Below the pieces are notes generated by a model. That model did not search any database, was not told the DNA's origin, and saw only the letters and a program-made list of their open reading frames with translations. From Chiloscyllium plagiosum (lineage: Eukaryota), in assembly GCF_004010195.1 (NCBI RefSeq), contig NC_057719.1, forward strand, positions 24,467,465-24,531,464: 64,000 bases of DNA, read 5' to 3'. Positions 1 to 11,660 of the stretch are shown here, one piece after another (the stretch's first letter is position 1; each line of letters opens with the position of its first letter). A program made the position numbers and the translations under genes.

Positions 1-245
1 CCCACCCAAACCCATTCCCCTATATTCACCCCTGACTAATGAACCTGACACTATGGGCAATTTAGCATGACCAATTCACCTGACCTGCACATCTTTGGGC
101 TGTGGGACGAAACCGGAGCACCTGGAAGAAACCCACGCAGACATGGGGAGAACGTGCAAACTGCACACAGACAGTTGCCCGAAGTGGGAATTGAACCCAG
201 GTCCCTGGCGCTGTGAGGCAGCAGTGTTAACCACTGAGCCACCGT
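1..245 (-). mobile_element. HE1-like V-SINE (tRNA-derived), runs off window edge
   Basis: Minus strand reads CACGGTGGCTCAGTGGTTAACACTGCTGCCTCACAGCGCCAGGGACCTGGGTTCAATTCC (Pol III A/B boxes), then V-domain ...TTTGCACGTTCTCCCCATGTCTGCGTGGGTTTC. Confidence 0.9.
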
Positions 246-264
246 GTTTATATACATATATAAA

Positions 265-570
265 AGAGGAACAAGAATGAAAGGGCATAGATTTTAAAGG
301 AAGATGCAAAAGAAGCCATTGTACATGAGGAAAAGCTTTTTTCAGACAGTGAGTAATTATGGTTTGAAATGCACTGCCTAGAAAGATGGTGAAGGCAAGT
401 TTAAACGGGGCATTCAAGAGGGTATTGGATGACTAGTTTGATGGACATAATGTGCAAGGGTTTATTAAAAAAGCAAAAAATGGACAGTAGGCAATGATAC
501 ACATTTGAAGAGCTGGTGCAGTCATGATGGGCTGAATGGCTTTCTTCTACGCTATAACAATCTGTGATTC
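265..570 (+). mobile_element. Old CR1-type LINE 3' fragment
   Basis: AGGGCATAGATTTTAAAGG...TTTTTCAGACAGTGAGT...GGGCTGAATGGCTTTCTTCT resembles a CR1 ORF2 end plus 3'UTR. Confidence 0.65.
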
Positions 571-1137
571 TGTGCTGTATTACCATTCCAGTACTGTAGA
601 AGCATTCTTTTGGGTAACATCATACTTATCTTTCATTCTATTCTATTTGTAGTTTTAAATGTTATATTTTTGCATATGAATATGCTGAAATTGTCAACCT
701 AATTCATTAAATGGAAATAGTTATTCTGATTATTTTCTCTCTCAAAAGAGAGAAAGACAATCTCCTTTCCATGAAACCATTGTCCAGTTAATGTTGAATG
801 TTATCAATGACACGTACTGTATTCAAACAAATAAAGACGAGAGGGAGACGCAAAGTGCTGAGATTGTAAAGCAGGAATGTTGGGAGCTCTCTTTGTGGTT
901 CCTATGGGATTGCAAAGCCTTTCCACTTTCATGTAGCTTCAGGCTTACGTCCATCTAAAATGAGAAAAGGAGGGACAACATGGGAAAAATATATTTTTTG
1001 CCAGAACCTTCAGGCTGCAATGAAAGGGGTAAAGAGCTCTGCAGAGCTTTATTAGAGACAATGAACCTTCCCCTGTGAGTGGGAAGGTTTTCTTCCAGAT
1101 ACGTCCTTCCCTATTTCATTCCATCCTCAACTTTCTC

Positions 1138-1625
1138 TAAGATGTGGAGGTGCCGGTGTTGGACTGGGGTGGACAAGGTCAGAAGTTACACAATGCCAGG
1201 TTATAGGCCAAAAGGTTTATTTGAAACTACAAGTTTTTTGGAGCCCTGCTCCTTCATCAGGTGAAGTGAAAAAAAGCATACAGTCACAGGATTTATAGGC
1301 AGAGAGATCAATGGACAGAGAGATCAATGGGCAGAGGGATCAAAAGATCATACAAATGGTGTGAGTAGATTGTTGAATAATAAGTCTCTGCAGGTGATCA
1401 AAAGTGTCAGACAGTGTGAGTAAAGTGTCAACAGCTGAATAGCAAGTGAAGGAGATGATCTATAAACCAATTAATTGAGGCAGAAAGATAATTGATCTCT
1501 CTGCCTATAAATTCTGTGTCTACACTTTTCTTCACTTCACCTGACAAAGGGACAGTGCTCTGAAAGTTTGTGGTTTCAAATAAACCTTTTGGACTATAAC
1601 CTGGTGTTGTGTGTATTCTAACGCT
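1138..1625. mobile_element. Fold-back Penelope-like terminal-repeat element
   Basis: Inverted arms (CCAGGTTATAGGCCAAAAGGTTTATTTGAAAC vs GTTTCAAATAAACCTTTTGGACTATAACCTGG), each with a decayed CTGATGA...GAAA core. Confidence 0.7.
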
Positions 1626-3659
1626 AGCTAAAAGTAAGAATGAATAAATAATATGAGAGAGTGCAAGTGAATGTAAAACATAAGCAAGTAATCTTACAGG
1701 GGCCTGGTGCAAAACTTGGGCAGATTCATGTAAGAAATCCAGTAAGGCCTATCTCCACATTGGGAACAGCTCGCTGCATCTTTTAACTAGGTTCTGGGTG
1801 TTATGGTGAGACTCACACTATACAGCAGAGAGTTGCCAGTGAAGATGGTTTATTGCTTGTTAATGATCTTATGAACTGCAGATCTCATCTTATTAATAAG
1901 CAGCTTCCTGTAATACCACCATCACCTCGAACAAACAAGACGTTGAGAATTCCGACATCCTACTCAGAGATACAGAAAAGTGTGGATGGGAACAGGGTAA
2001 GAGGGAGGGGGATTTATCCCAGGTCAGGATACCACGGTTTCAAGGGAGGTCCAATATATGACCACATCTGGCATGGTCACCTGATATGCCAGTCATTTAG
2101 TGGGGACAGGTGGGCAAGTTCAGGTTCATACAAACAGGTTAGGGAGGTGTGACGCCCGGGGTGGGGGTGGGGGGGTTATCAGGAAAAGGATCAAGATGTT
2201 TATGGCCTCACCCACATATAGAGGTGGAGGAATGTTCCCAAATTGGAGCTATGTAAACCCTAACTGTACAGCCATCTCATACAGCAGGACCCCAAGAAGA
2301 AGGATCTTAGAACAGACATCAAAGGAGGGTTTTCACCAATGGAGGACAAAGAAACAGTTTTATAAAAGCCAACTACTGTTCCTTTGAAGGAAAGTAAGGT
2401 TGTGTGAAAGTGCCAAAATACCAAAACCATGGCATTGGTGAAGTGCCAAGTACCTTCTTCCCCTCCCAAAATTGTAAAATGCCACCTGTTCAACAACAAA
2501 ATCCATCACAGATTCTGGATTTGACTTCAAATGTGAACCTCTTCACTTCTGGAAGATGGAATTTGAATAACTGACCTTAATAGCACACCACATGGGCCTA
2601 TTGGGACTTTCTTCTGCTAATTAGACGTCTGTGCTATCTGTATTTGTTTTAGTCTTTGTCTCTGGAATTTTTGATTAATAAGAACAAGCAGAATCTTTCA
2701 GGCTGTAAATGATGATATTGGTGAGAGGGTTAGGAGGATAGTGTGAGATTGGCAGGGAGCAGTTTCCCATTGTAGAGAGCAATGTTCCTTTTTTCCAACC
2801 AAGTGTTGAACAACGAATCAAGATTCTCACCAGTGAGCAGCAGGAGGTGTACTTGCATGCATTGACATCCTCATTGATATGTAGTTTTCCATTCTCCAGC
2901 CCATCAGACAGAAACTAGATGGTGACATTTCCTTCATTTTTCCCATTATTAATATTCTGTTAGCACATTTCTAAGGTACTGTAACATTTTACTAATGGAC
3001 GATGTGTAAAGTACTTTGGGTTGCTAATTTTGAAATGTTAGCAGTAATCTGCTAACTCCAGCTAATCACTTGCTCCTCTGGACGGTCTTTAGTCACCAGC
3101 CTCTCAGGGATACTGTCCTAGGCAGCTTTTGTACCCTGTTGGGAAAACAGTGTACTAATTGCCCTTAGTCTGACATGTCCAGAACAAATAAAACAAATTG
3201 TGCAAGACAGCTGCAGTCTGCCAGGACTTGACCAGGTGCACAACTGGGATTTAAAGATGGTGGCAGGTATCCTGGGAGGTCCCAGCAGTGGGTAGTACTT
3301 CCCACAGTGTAAGTCGAAGAATACAATAAATGGGACACCATGTAAGTTGGTGCCTAAGTAATAAGATGAATTTAGCACAAGAAAACTCATTAGGTCTCAC
3401 AGTGCGAAATCTTCCTTGAATCTCACTAAAGAATTACATTAAGTTGATTTATAGTATGATTCAGCCCTTTGTCTCTTTGTTAATTCCAGGAATAGCTCAT
3501 AATAAATTAGTCTTTATACAGTTTAAACACAAGTTTGATTGTTCATCTATCCTAACTTGAGTCATTACAAAATAATAACAAGGGGCTAAAAAGGCTATAT
3601 TAATTCACCTGAATGACCACTTTGTGAACAGGTCTGGTAGTTGTGACAAATATTATGAT

Positions 3660-3970
3660 AAGAATCATAGAATCCGTACAATGTGTAAGCAGGCCATTTG
3701 GCCCAACAAGTCCACACTGACCCTCCAAAGACTAACCCACCGAGATCCATCCCCTACATTTACCCTGACTAATGCACCTAACACTATGAGCAATTTAGCA
3801 TGACCAATTCACCTGATCTGCACATCTTTGGGTTGTGGGAAGAAATCAGAGCACCCAGAAGAAACCCAAGTAGATATGGGGAGAATGTGCAAACTCCACA
3901 CAGACCTAAGGCTGGAATCAAACCCGGATCTCTAGCGCTATGAGGCAGCAGTGCTAACCACTGAGCCACC
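3660..3970 (-). mobile_element. HE1-like SINE
   Basis: tRNA head, V-domain and CR1-derived tail ending in CTATGATT repeats on the minus strand. Confidence 0.9.
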
Positions 3971-5835
3971 TGAGGCCATTTTTTCAGCCTCATATAGTAG
4001 TGTATATGGTGAACAACCACCTCCCAGGTTTTAATGTATGGATAAACTTTACTTATTTTTTACAAACTCAGAGAATGCTGTAGAAACTCAGCAGGCCTAG
4101 TCGCATCAGTGGAGAAATTTGTTTAGGCAGATCGTATATATGTGGACAATGCACCATATGGTTCCTAAAATTAATGAACAAAGTTATGGAAAAAGGTGAA
4201 AAGCCACAAACTACATTTCAAAATTAGCAACCCACAGTACTTTATGCATCATCCATTAACAAAATGTTACAGCTTCTTAAAAATGTGCTCACGGAATATT
4301 ACGGGAAAAATAAAGGAAATTTACTCTGGGTTTTAACCTTTGCTATAAGGTAAAATATAGAATCAGCATTTTGAAATGCCCTATCTTGACTTTTGTTATA
4401 CTGTTAAGTTGAATGCACAAAATATCACACAGGATATTTATTACATGGCAGCATAAAGGTTCTTAACTCTCTGGTCTTTCATCTTTATTAATTAGTAACT
4501 GCAATGCATTCCATTGGCAATTAAATTATCAATAAAGAGTATATCAAGGACAGTTTTGATAGTTTAAAATTAGTGCTAAATCTGGTCTGACCTGAATGGG
4601 AAATCAGGGGATGAGGTAAATAAGAAAGACCAAAACTAAAAATATAAATTGCTGCAAAAGCTCAACAGGTCTAACAGCATCTCTGGGGAGAAATCAGAGT
4701 TAACATTTCAAATCACAGCATCTGCAGTTCTTTCAATTTTTAAATAAGAACCCTTAATGTTTAAAAATGTTTATTTTATTAATCTGATTTTCAGAATGTG
4801 ATATTAAGAGGGAAGACAAAAGTTTGGAAGTAGTGGGTCTGACTTATCTTAACTATTAACACTGCCTAAAAAACCGATGTGGCGATGTTGTAGTAAATAC
4901 TATGTTATTGTGCACTTATGACTGTTCAAATTATCAGTGCTTTAATTTGGGAGCTTTATGCCTGAAGTTCATTATGTGTAAAGTAAGACTCAATGAAAAC
5001 CTTATTCTTTCATAGCAGTACATATACTTAGACATTTCTTCATGACACAAATTATAATTCAAAAATAGAAGTTAAAAAATTGCAAAATGCAGCTCCCATA
5101 TATATAAAAACGATATTTTTGGACAAATCTTTTCAAGATAAAAATAAACCCAATGTTAAAAATTATGTTTGGATTAAAATTTATTTTAAACTTTGTCACA
5201 TCTTTGTTTGTTTCTTTCTCCATTTATCAATAATTTATGTTGTTTCTACAAAAACCCACAGCACTAATGCTATGATATTTGTTTGGCTTTTTTAACTGTC
5301 TTGGTTGAACTGTAAAGCATATTGTAAGCTAATAAAAGAGCTGCAATTTCCAGTGCTGTCTCTAGCTCTCTTTTAATGTTCCTCTGAACAAGCAGTGACT
5401 GATGGTATTAATCACTCAGGTTAGCAGAGCCAGCAATTATCTTTTTGAATGTAGGCATCTGCACTCTTTGCTATTTTGACTGATTGATATTAATTCACAA
5501 CAGACTTCAAGTTGAAGGGTATCACAAGCAATCCAAAATGGAAAAATATTTCATATGTGACATGTTGCAATATAACTGATGTTCAGCATGATAATTCTCC
5601 CAAACAAAACTGCTTGTAGGTCAGTCCCCATTAAACCAATTTGCTTTTTCAGTCTTGAAAACATCAGGTGCTGTTGGTTTATAATACCCTGGGCAATGCT
5701 CATGTTCTGCTACCTCAGCCAACTAGGTATCGATGTGTGAACTCAAACAATGAGTGCTGGCATCACAACTAATCCTGATCCTGGTCAATCTCAACATGCT
5801 CACTTGCATCCTGGTTCAGATCAGCAACTTTCGCC

Positions 5836-6282
5836 AATCTGAAGGGCTTTTGCTCCTTGGATGCTGCCAGACCTGCTGTGCTTTTCCAGCAGCACACTCT
5901 CGACTTAGCCGATCTAGACCTCAGTACAGTTCAAATTTGGGATTCTGCAGTTTGAGTTGCCCTCACACCTTAAATGCATTATCTGGGCCAACATGACACC
6001 AATTGTTAAAGTTCACTTAAGAATGTAACTTTAAAAAAGTTTTTCAATTTACATATGAAAGAACTCAAACCAACATGTTCTTTCTAAAAGATGAGAACTT
6101 AAACAATCCAGGTCTTTTTCAATATATAATTTCGGTTACATTACACTGTAGACTTTTGCTATAAATTCTGTGTCTTACGATCTTATACTTCACAATTACC
6201 TGATGAAGGAGCAGGGCTCCGAAAGCTAGTGCTTCCAAATAAACCGGTTGGACTATAACTTGGTGTTGTATGAATTTTAACT
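5836..6282 (+). mobile_element. Penelope-like element 3' region and terminal repeat
   Basis: Terminal motif CCTGATGAAGGAGCAGGGCTCCGAAAGCTAGTGCTTCCAAATAAACCGGTTGGACTATAAC is shared with the 1138-1625 and 44252-44486 elements. Confidence 0.65.
6197..6231 (+). ncRNA. Minimal hammerhead ribozyme motif (PLE type)
   Basis: TAC-CTGATGA-A-GGAGC(AGG)GCTCC-GAAA-GC-TA-GTG: intact CUGAUGA/GAAA core, 5-bp stem II, short stem I, AGCT palindrome in place of stem III. Confidence 0.7.
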
Positions 6283-7333
6283 TTGAATTGGAAAGGTTGG
6301 AAACGCAGTTGCAAGTCCAAACGCCGCAGAGCTTGAAGTTATTTTCCTGCCCTTTGCATCATTATTAGGCCCTGCAAGGGGGAAGCACAATGTCAAGTTT
6401 GCCTCTAGGCCGTCTAAATTGCCCATGATAGAAAACCCAGCACTCCCGGGCCTGGATAGGCTGCAAAAATCTTGAGTGTCCTGATCTTTTCGGCCACAGG
6501 CAAATGAGGCTGATGACATATCCCTTCTGTTCAATAGCAACTGTTATCACAACATGTATTGATATTGTGTCTTTCACACAAGGAAAATACCGCAAGGCAC
6601 ATCATGGACGTCTTTGCTTTAGGCAAAAGCATTCTCAGCCAAAAAAATTAAACCAAGTCAATGATGGACCTATGAGGATAATGTGACAAAATCTTGAGTG
6701 TTAGCACATTCTAATCTGGAGGTGACAAAGGTGTGACAATTTTAGCAGCCAAAGGATTGAGGCAGAGTAGAAGGAGACAAGATAATGAAAATAGAAGGAG
6801 GCAGTCTTGGTGATGGAGAGGAAATAGAATGGACAGCTCAGCTCAGTGTCACAAAGAAACTGAATTTGCAAATTGTCAGGTTCAGCTAAGATCATGTCCG
6901 AGTAGAGGGGTGAACTTGCTGGGGAAGATTGTAATTTGTGGGGCAGACTGCGAATTCATTAGCTTTGGTCTTCCCAATGTTTAAATGCAGAAATTGTGGC
7001 TCATTGAGGAGCTGATGCCTGATAAGCAGTCTGACGGTACAGAGGAGAGGAAGAGTCAAGAATTTCTGTGTAGCACTGGAGAAGTAGGCATGAAACTAAT
7101 AAAAGGCATTGAGCTGAATAATCAAGGAAAGTTGTTTGAGGAAAATTGTGTGGTCCTCCTTGTCAAAGGTTTTAGAGAATTCCAAAAGGATATGGAGGCT
7201 GCCTACCAATGAACAAGATACATTTCTCATGGTGGAAGACCAGCTTTTCCAAACTACTACTTGTGTGAAACTATGCAGAACATTTATGCAGATTAAAACT
7301 CATACTTCTAAGTTGTATGAAATGACACAATTA

Positions 7334-7642
7334 GGTGGTACGGTGGCTCAGTGGTTAGCACTGCTACCTCACAGCACCAGGGACCTGGGTTCGATTCTGG
7401 CCTCAGGTGATGGACCTGTGTGGAATCTGCATGTTCTCCCTGTGTCTGTGTGGGTTTCCTCCGGGTGCTCTGGTTTCCTCCCACAATCCAAAGATGTGCA
7501 GATCAAGTGAATTTGCCATGCTAAATTGCCCATAGTGTTAGGTACATTATTCAGGGGCAAATGTAGGGTTACTCCTTAGAGGGTCGGTGTGGACTTGTTG
7601 GGCCAAAGGGCCTGTTTCCACGCTGAGGGAATCTAATCTAAT
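7334..7642 (+). mobile_element. HE1-like SINE
   Basis: GGTGGTACGGTGGCTCAGTGGTTAGCACTGCT...GGTTCGATTC...; tail (TCTAA)n. Confidence 0.9.
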
Positions 7643-7654
7643 TTCCACAGAATC

Positions 7655-7925
7655 CCAAACTTCCTTAGCAGCAAATCCATGAAAATACCACCAAGTGCAA
7701 GTTTCCCTCCAACTATACAACATCCTGAGTTGGAAATACATCACTGAACCTTCCGTTCATTGGGCCAGACACTGGAATTCCCTTCCTAACAGCAGTGAGG
7801 GACTAACTACACACTAAGGACTGCAGCAGTTCATTAGTGCACCACCAGCTTCTCATGAGCAGTTAGGGATGTGCAGTAAATGCTGGTCCAGCCAGCAATG
7901 CCCATATCCCACAAGTGAATTGTAG
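7655..7925 (+). mobile_element. CR1/L2-type LINE 3' end fragment
   Basis: CATCCTGAGTTGGAAATACATCACTG...GGACTGCAGCAGTTCA...TAAATGCTGGTCCAGCCAGCAATGCCCA. Confidence 0.55.
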
Positions 7926-8439
7926 AAACACAAGCCTCACTGCTGAGAGCTGGCTGAACAGCTTCAGAGGAGTATTGCTTTTATTTTCAATTTTGTGCAG
8001 TGCAAAACAAGAGAGAAAAAAACAACTTTACATTATTTCTTCAAGGAGCTATTGTGTTACTCCCCGTACCTGTTTGTGTTTTCTTCTTTTTAAACTCATC
8101 TTGAAAAAATGTTTTGTGTTTCAAAGGAAAGGGTATTTGCTTTTAGCTCCAATTGTCACTCAAGGTCTTGCTGAAGAAGAAACCATTATTACTGTCTCTG
8201 GAGAAATTCATGCCAATGCATTAAAAGAAAGTTGTAATTATAGTGGTAGAAAGCTGTGCAGTTCAGAGAAATATTGAAATAAGTCCCCTAAGCCACACAG
8301 ATTGATGCAGTGTCGACTTACCTGATACTGTTTGTAATCTATGTTCCAAAGTTGACTCCCAGTGCACCAAGTTTAAAATCTTGCATCAGAAATATTTCAA
8401 GCACATTTTGCTTTAAGGTAGTCAGCCGTATTCAAGACC

Positions 8440-8554
8440 ATTTGTCCGAAACATCGATTCTCCTGCTCTTCAGATGCTGCCTGACCTGCTGCGCTTTTTC
8501 AGCACCACACTCTCAACTTTAATCTCCAGCATCTGCAATCCTCACTTTCGCCTA
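8440..8554 (+). mobile_element. PLE terminal-repeat fragment
   Basis: CCGAAACATCGATTCTCCTGCTC...CCAGCATCTGCAATCCTCACTTTC; same family as 19931-20083. Confidence 0.7.
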
Positions 8555-9364
8555 GCTATATTTAAATCTTCAGTTGATTTCACATGGTACTGCTCACAAG
8601 TAGTTTGGGGTCTTGATTACTGTGGTGACATGTAACCTGGCCACGTTCTCAGATGGAAAAGAACACTATAGTGGTTTGGCAGAGATGTAGCATTGTTGGT
8701 CAGAAGAAGTTTTACTGTAAATTTAAACATATCATTGCGATGTAAGAACTGCTAAGGCTACATTTATGTCTTTCTGTCGTTGCCCAGAGAAGACCTTTTG
8801 GTTGAACCCCTGCAACTCCTTAACACATCGTCTGTCCAGAATATTGTTGGTTAGAGAATTCATTATTTTAATACAAACAATGTACAGGAATTAGATCAAT
8901 GTGATTGTAAAGTAATGATTTTGGTGCTCCTGTCATTCTTGATTGCAAAGGTCAAGGGTCTGGGAGTTTTAGTCAGATTCTTTAGTGCGACTGATGGGTC
9001 ATACAGGTAGGCACCTCAGTCCACTGGTTAAGCTTCTGACAATCTGTCACAGATACATAGTGTGAGAGCCTCATAATTCACCAAATTGTACCTCAAAATT
9101 GAAAACTGGGCCCTATCACTGAGCAATTTCTATATTTAAGGAGGGATATCAGAGTTCTAAAATATTTATAAATATGTTTTTACTTTTAATTCCAAACTGT
9201 GTTTTTTTTTTCCAGAGTCCAGCCACAGAGAGAAATCAAAACTATGGATGTAAATTAATTGATTGTCTGTGAAGCCTATGGAATGGTACACCTGAAGAGT
9301 GCCAGGAGACTTCTAATATAGAGAGACTGGACAGGAAGTGATAATGTAACAGTTGATTATGCCC

Positions 9365-11001
9365 CTCTCAGGCAGAAAGTCCTCTTACAGATAGGTCTGT
9401 TTTTATCCTCCAGAAGTATGTTAAAACAAGTATAATTAAGACGGAAATCAGGAGGGCAAAAAGGGGACATGAGATAGCTTTGGCAAATAGAATTAAGGAG
9501 AATCCAAAGAGTTTTTACAAATACATAAAGGGCAAAAGGGTAACTACGGAGAGAAGAGGGCCCCTCAAAGATCAGCAAGGCGGCCTTTGTATGTAGCCAC
9601 AAGAGATGGGGGAGATACTAAACAAGTACTTTGCATCAGTATTTACTGTGGAAAAGGATATGGAAGNNNNNNNNNNNNNNNNNNNNNNNNNNNNNNNNNN
9701 NNNNNNNNNNNNNNNNNNNNNNNNNNNNNNNNNNNNNNNNNNNNNNNNNNNNNNNNNNNNNNNNNNNNNNNNNNNNNNNNNNNNNNNNNNNNNNNNNNNN
9801 NNNNNNNNNNNNNNNNNNNNNNNNNNNNNNNNNNNNNNNNNNNNNNNNNNNNNNNNNNNNNNNNNNNNNNNNNNNNNNNNNNNNNNNNNNNNNNNNNNNN
9901 NNNNNNNNNNNNNNNNNNNNNNNNNNNNNNNNNNNNNNNNNNNNNNNNNNNNNNNNNNNNNNNNNNNNNNNNNNNNNNNNNNNNNNNNNNNNNNNNNNNN
10001 NNNNNNNNNNNNNNNNNNNNNNNNNNNNNNNNNNNNNNNNNNNNNNNNNNNNNNNNNNNNNNNNNNNNNNNNNNNNNNNNNNNNNNNNNNNNNNNNNNNN
10101 NNNNNNNNNNNNNNNNNNNNNNNNNNNNNNNNNNNNNNNNNNNNNNNNNNNNNNNNNNNNNNNNNNNNNNNNNNNNNNNNNNNNNNNNNNNNNNNNNNNN
10201 NNNNNNNNNNNNNNNNNGAGGTGCTGCATTTTGGGAAAGCAAATCTTAGCAGGACTTATACATTTAATGGTAAGGTCCTAGGGAGTGTTGCTGAACAAAG
10301 AGACCTTGGAGTGCAGGTTCATAGCTCCTTGAAAGTGGAGTCGCAGGTAGATAGGATAGTGAAGAAGGCATTTGGTATGCTTTCCTTTATTGGTCAGAGT
10401 ATTGAGTACAGGAGTTGGGAGGTCATGTTGCGGCAGTACAGGACATTGGTTGGGCCACTGTCGGAATATTGCATGCAATTTTGGTCTCCTTCCTATCGGA
10501 AAGATGTTGTGAAACTTGAAAGGGTTCAGAAAAATTTACAAGGATGTTGCCAGGGTTAGAGGATTTGAGCTATAGGGAGAGGCTGAACAGGCTGGGGCTG
10601 TTTTCCCTGGAGCGTCGGAGGCTGAGAGGTAACCTTATAGAGGTTTATAAAATTATAAGAGGCATGGATAGGCTAAATAGGCAAAGTCTTTTCCCTGGGG
10701 TCGGGAGTCCAGAACTAGAGGGCATAGATTTAGGGTGAGAGGGGAAATATATAAAAGAGACTTGTGGGGTAACGTTTTCACACAGACAGTGGTATATGTA
10801 TGGACTGCCAGAGGAAGTGGTGGAGGCTGGTACAATTGCAACATTTAAGAGGATGGGTATATGAATTGGAAGGGTTTGGAGGGATATGGGCTGGGTGCTG
10901 GAAGGTTGGTTTAGATTGGGTTGGGATATCTGGTCGGCCTGGACGGGTTGGACCGAAGGGTCTGTTTCCATGCTGTACACCTCTATGACTCTATGACTCT
11001 A
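9365..11001 (+). mobile_element. CR1/HER1-type LINE, 5'-truncated, spans assembly gap
   Basis: Translations NPKSFYKYI, MGEILNKYFASVFT, VLHFGKAN...RDLGVQV...EYCMQFWSP; 3' tail (CTATGACT)n. Confidence 0.92.
9667..10217. other. Assembly gap (N run)
   Basis: 551 consecutive Ns. Confidence 1.
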
Positions 11002-11099
11002 AGTGTTAAAATCTGACTGCAATACTAATGGGCATCTCTAATCTGGGTGTGTTGTTGACCAGATGTCCCAATGCGTGGGCAACAGTTCGGTGCGTGCCA

Positions 11100-11660
11100 A
11101 AGCTTTGACAACAGCTATTTTAAACACCCTGCTCTGCAGGTAAAATAACGAGAAGATTCACTGATTCCGTTGAAATTCAGTCACTGTCGAAAGGAGTCGG
11201 AACTACAGAATCTTCGCCAACCTGAAAAATGAAGGATCTCAAAATTGACTGCTTTACTGCCATATCAATGCTACCAGTGCCATCTAAAACCAACCATAAC
11301 ATACCTTGTCTGCTCTTCAATAACAATTCAGAGGATGATCTGTATTTTTTTTCACGTTGATCTTTTTTTGACTTGCTACTTATTTCTACTCTCTGTGTAA
11401 TTGTATTGTGTTACTACTGTTTCTCGTGTTTAGTAACTGAATGCACTCTGCTTGTTAAGTCAAGGAAACCTGGTTAAATTGGACTCCTTTTAAATCATAT
11501 GTTCATTATGGATCCGGGTAAAAGATATCCACAAGCGAAGGGATCCATTTTAAATTAACCTTGTTGTCACCAACCAGGGACGTAGGTGAATAAACAAGAG
11601 GACCCAATTCAACCAGGAACTTGAGAATTTGGGGAATTCCATCTGGAATTGTAACAATTT
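11100..11660 (+). mobile_element. LTR-like relic
   Basis: AAGGAAACCTGGTTAAATTGGACTCCTTTTAAA...GAATAAAC is similar to 45465-45580, which precedes a Gypsy gag relic; ends in TGTAACA. Confidence 0.4.

Noticed and set aside
51..280. Recurrent ORFs such as VAQWLALLPHS / CGRKPEHPEETH (also at 3784, 7136, 21614, 54655, 55580, 62918)
   Set aside because: Chance translations of HE1 SINE copies, not a gene family
1298..1345. Short direct repeats (AGAGATCAATGG) as a CRISPR-like array
   Set aside because: Tandem slippage inside a PLE repeat with no spacers; the context is eukaryotic
7334..7410. tRNA-like A/B box sequences
   Set aside because: SINE heads continuing into V-domain bodies, not tRNA genes
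7915..8277. 120-aa ORF or possible terminal exon (KGYLLLAPIVTQGLAEEE...)
   Set aside because: No recognisable homology and no partner exons identified
9587..10559. Long ORFs of 197-317 aa
   Set aside because: Artefacts of the N gap within a CR1 LINE
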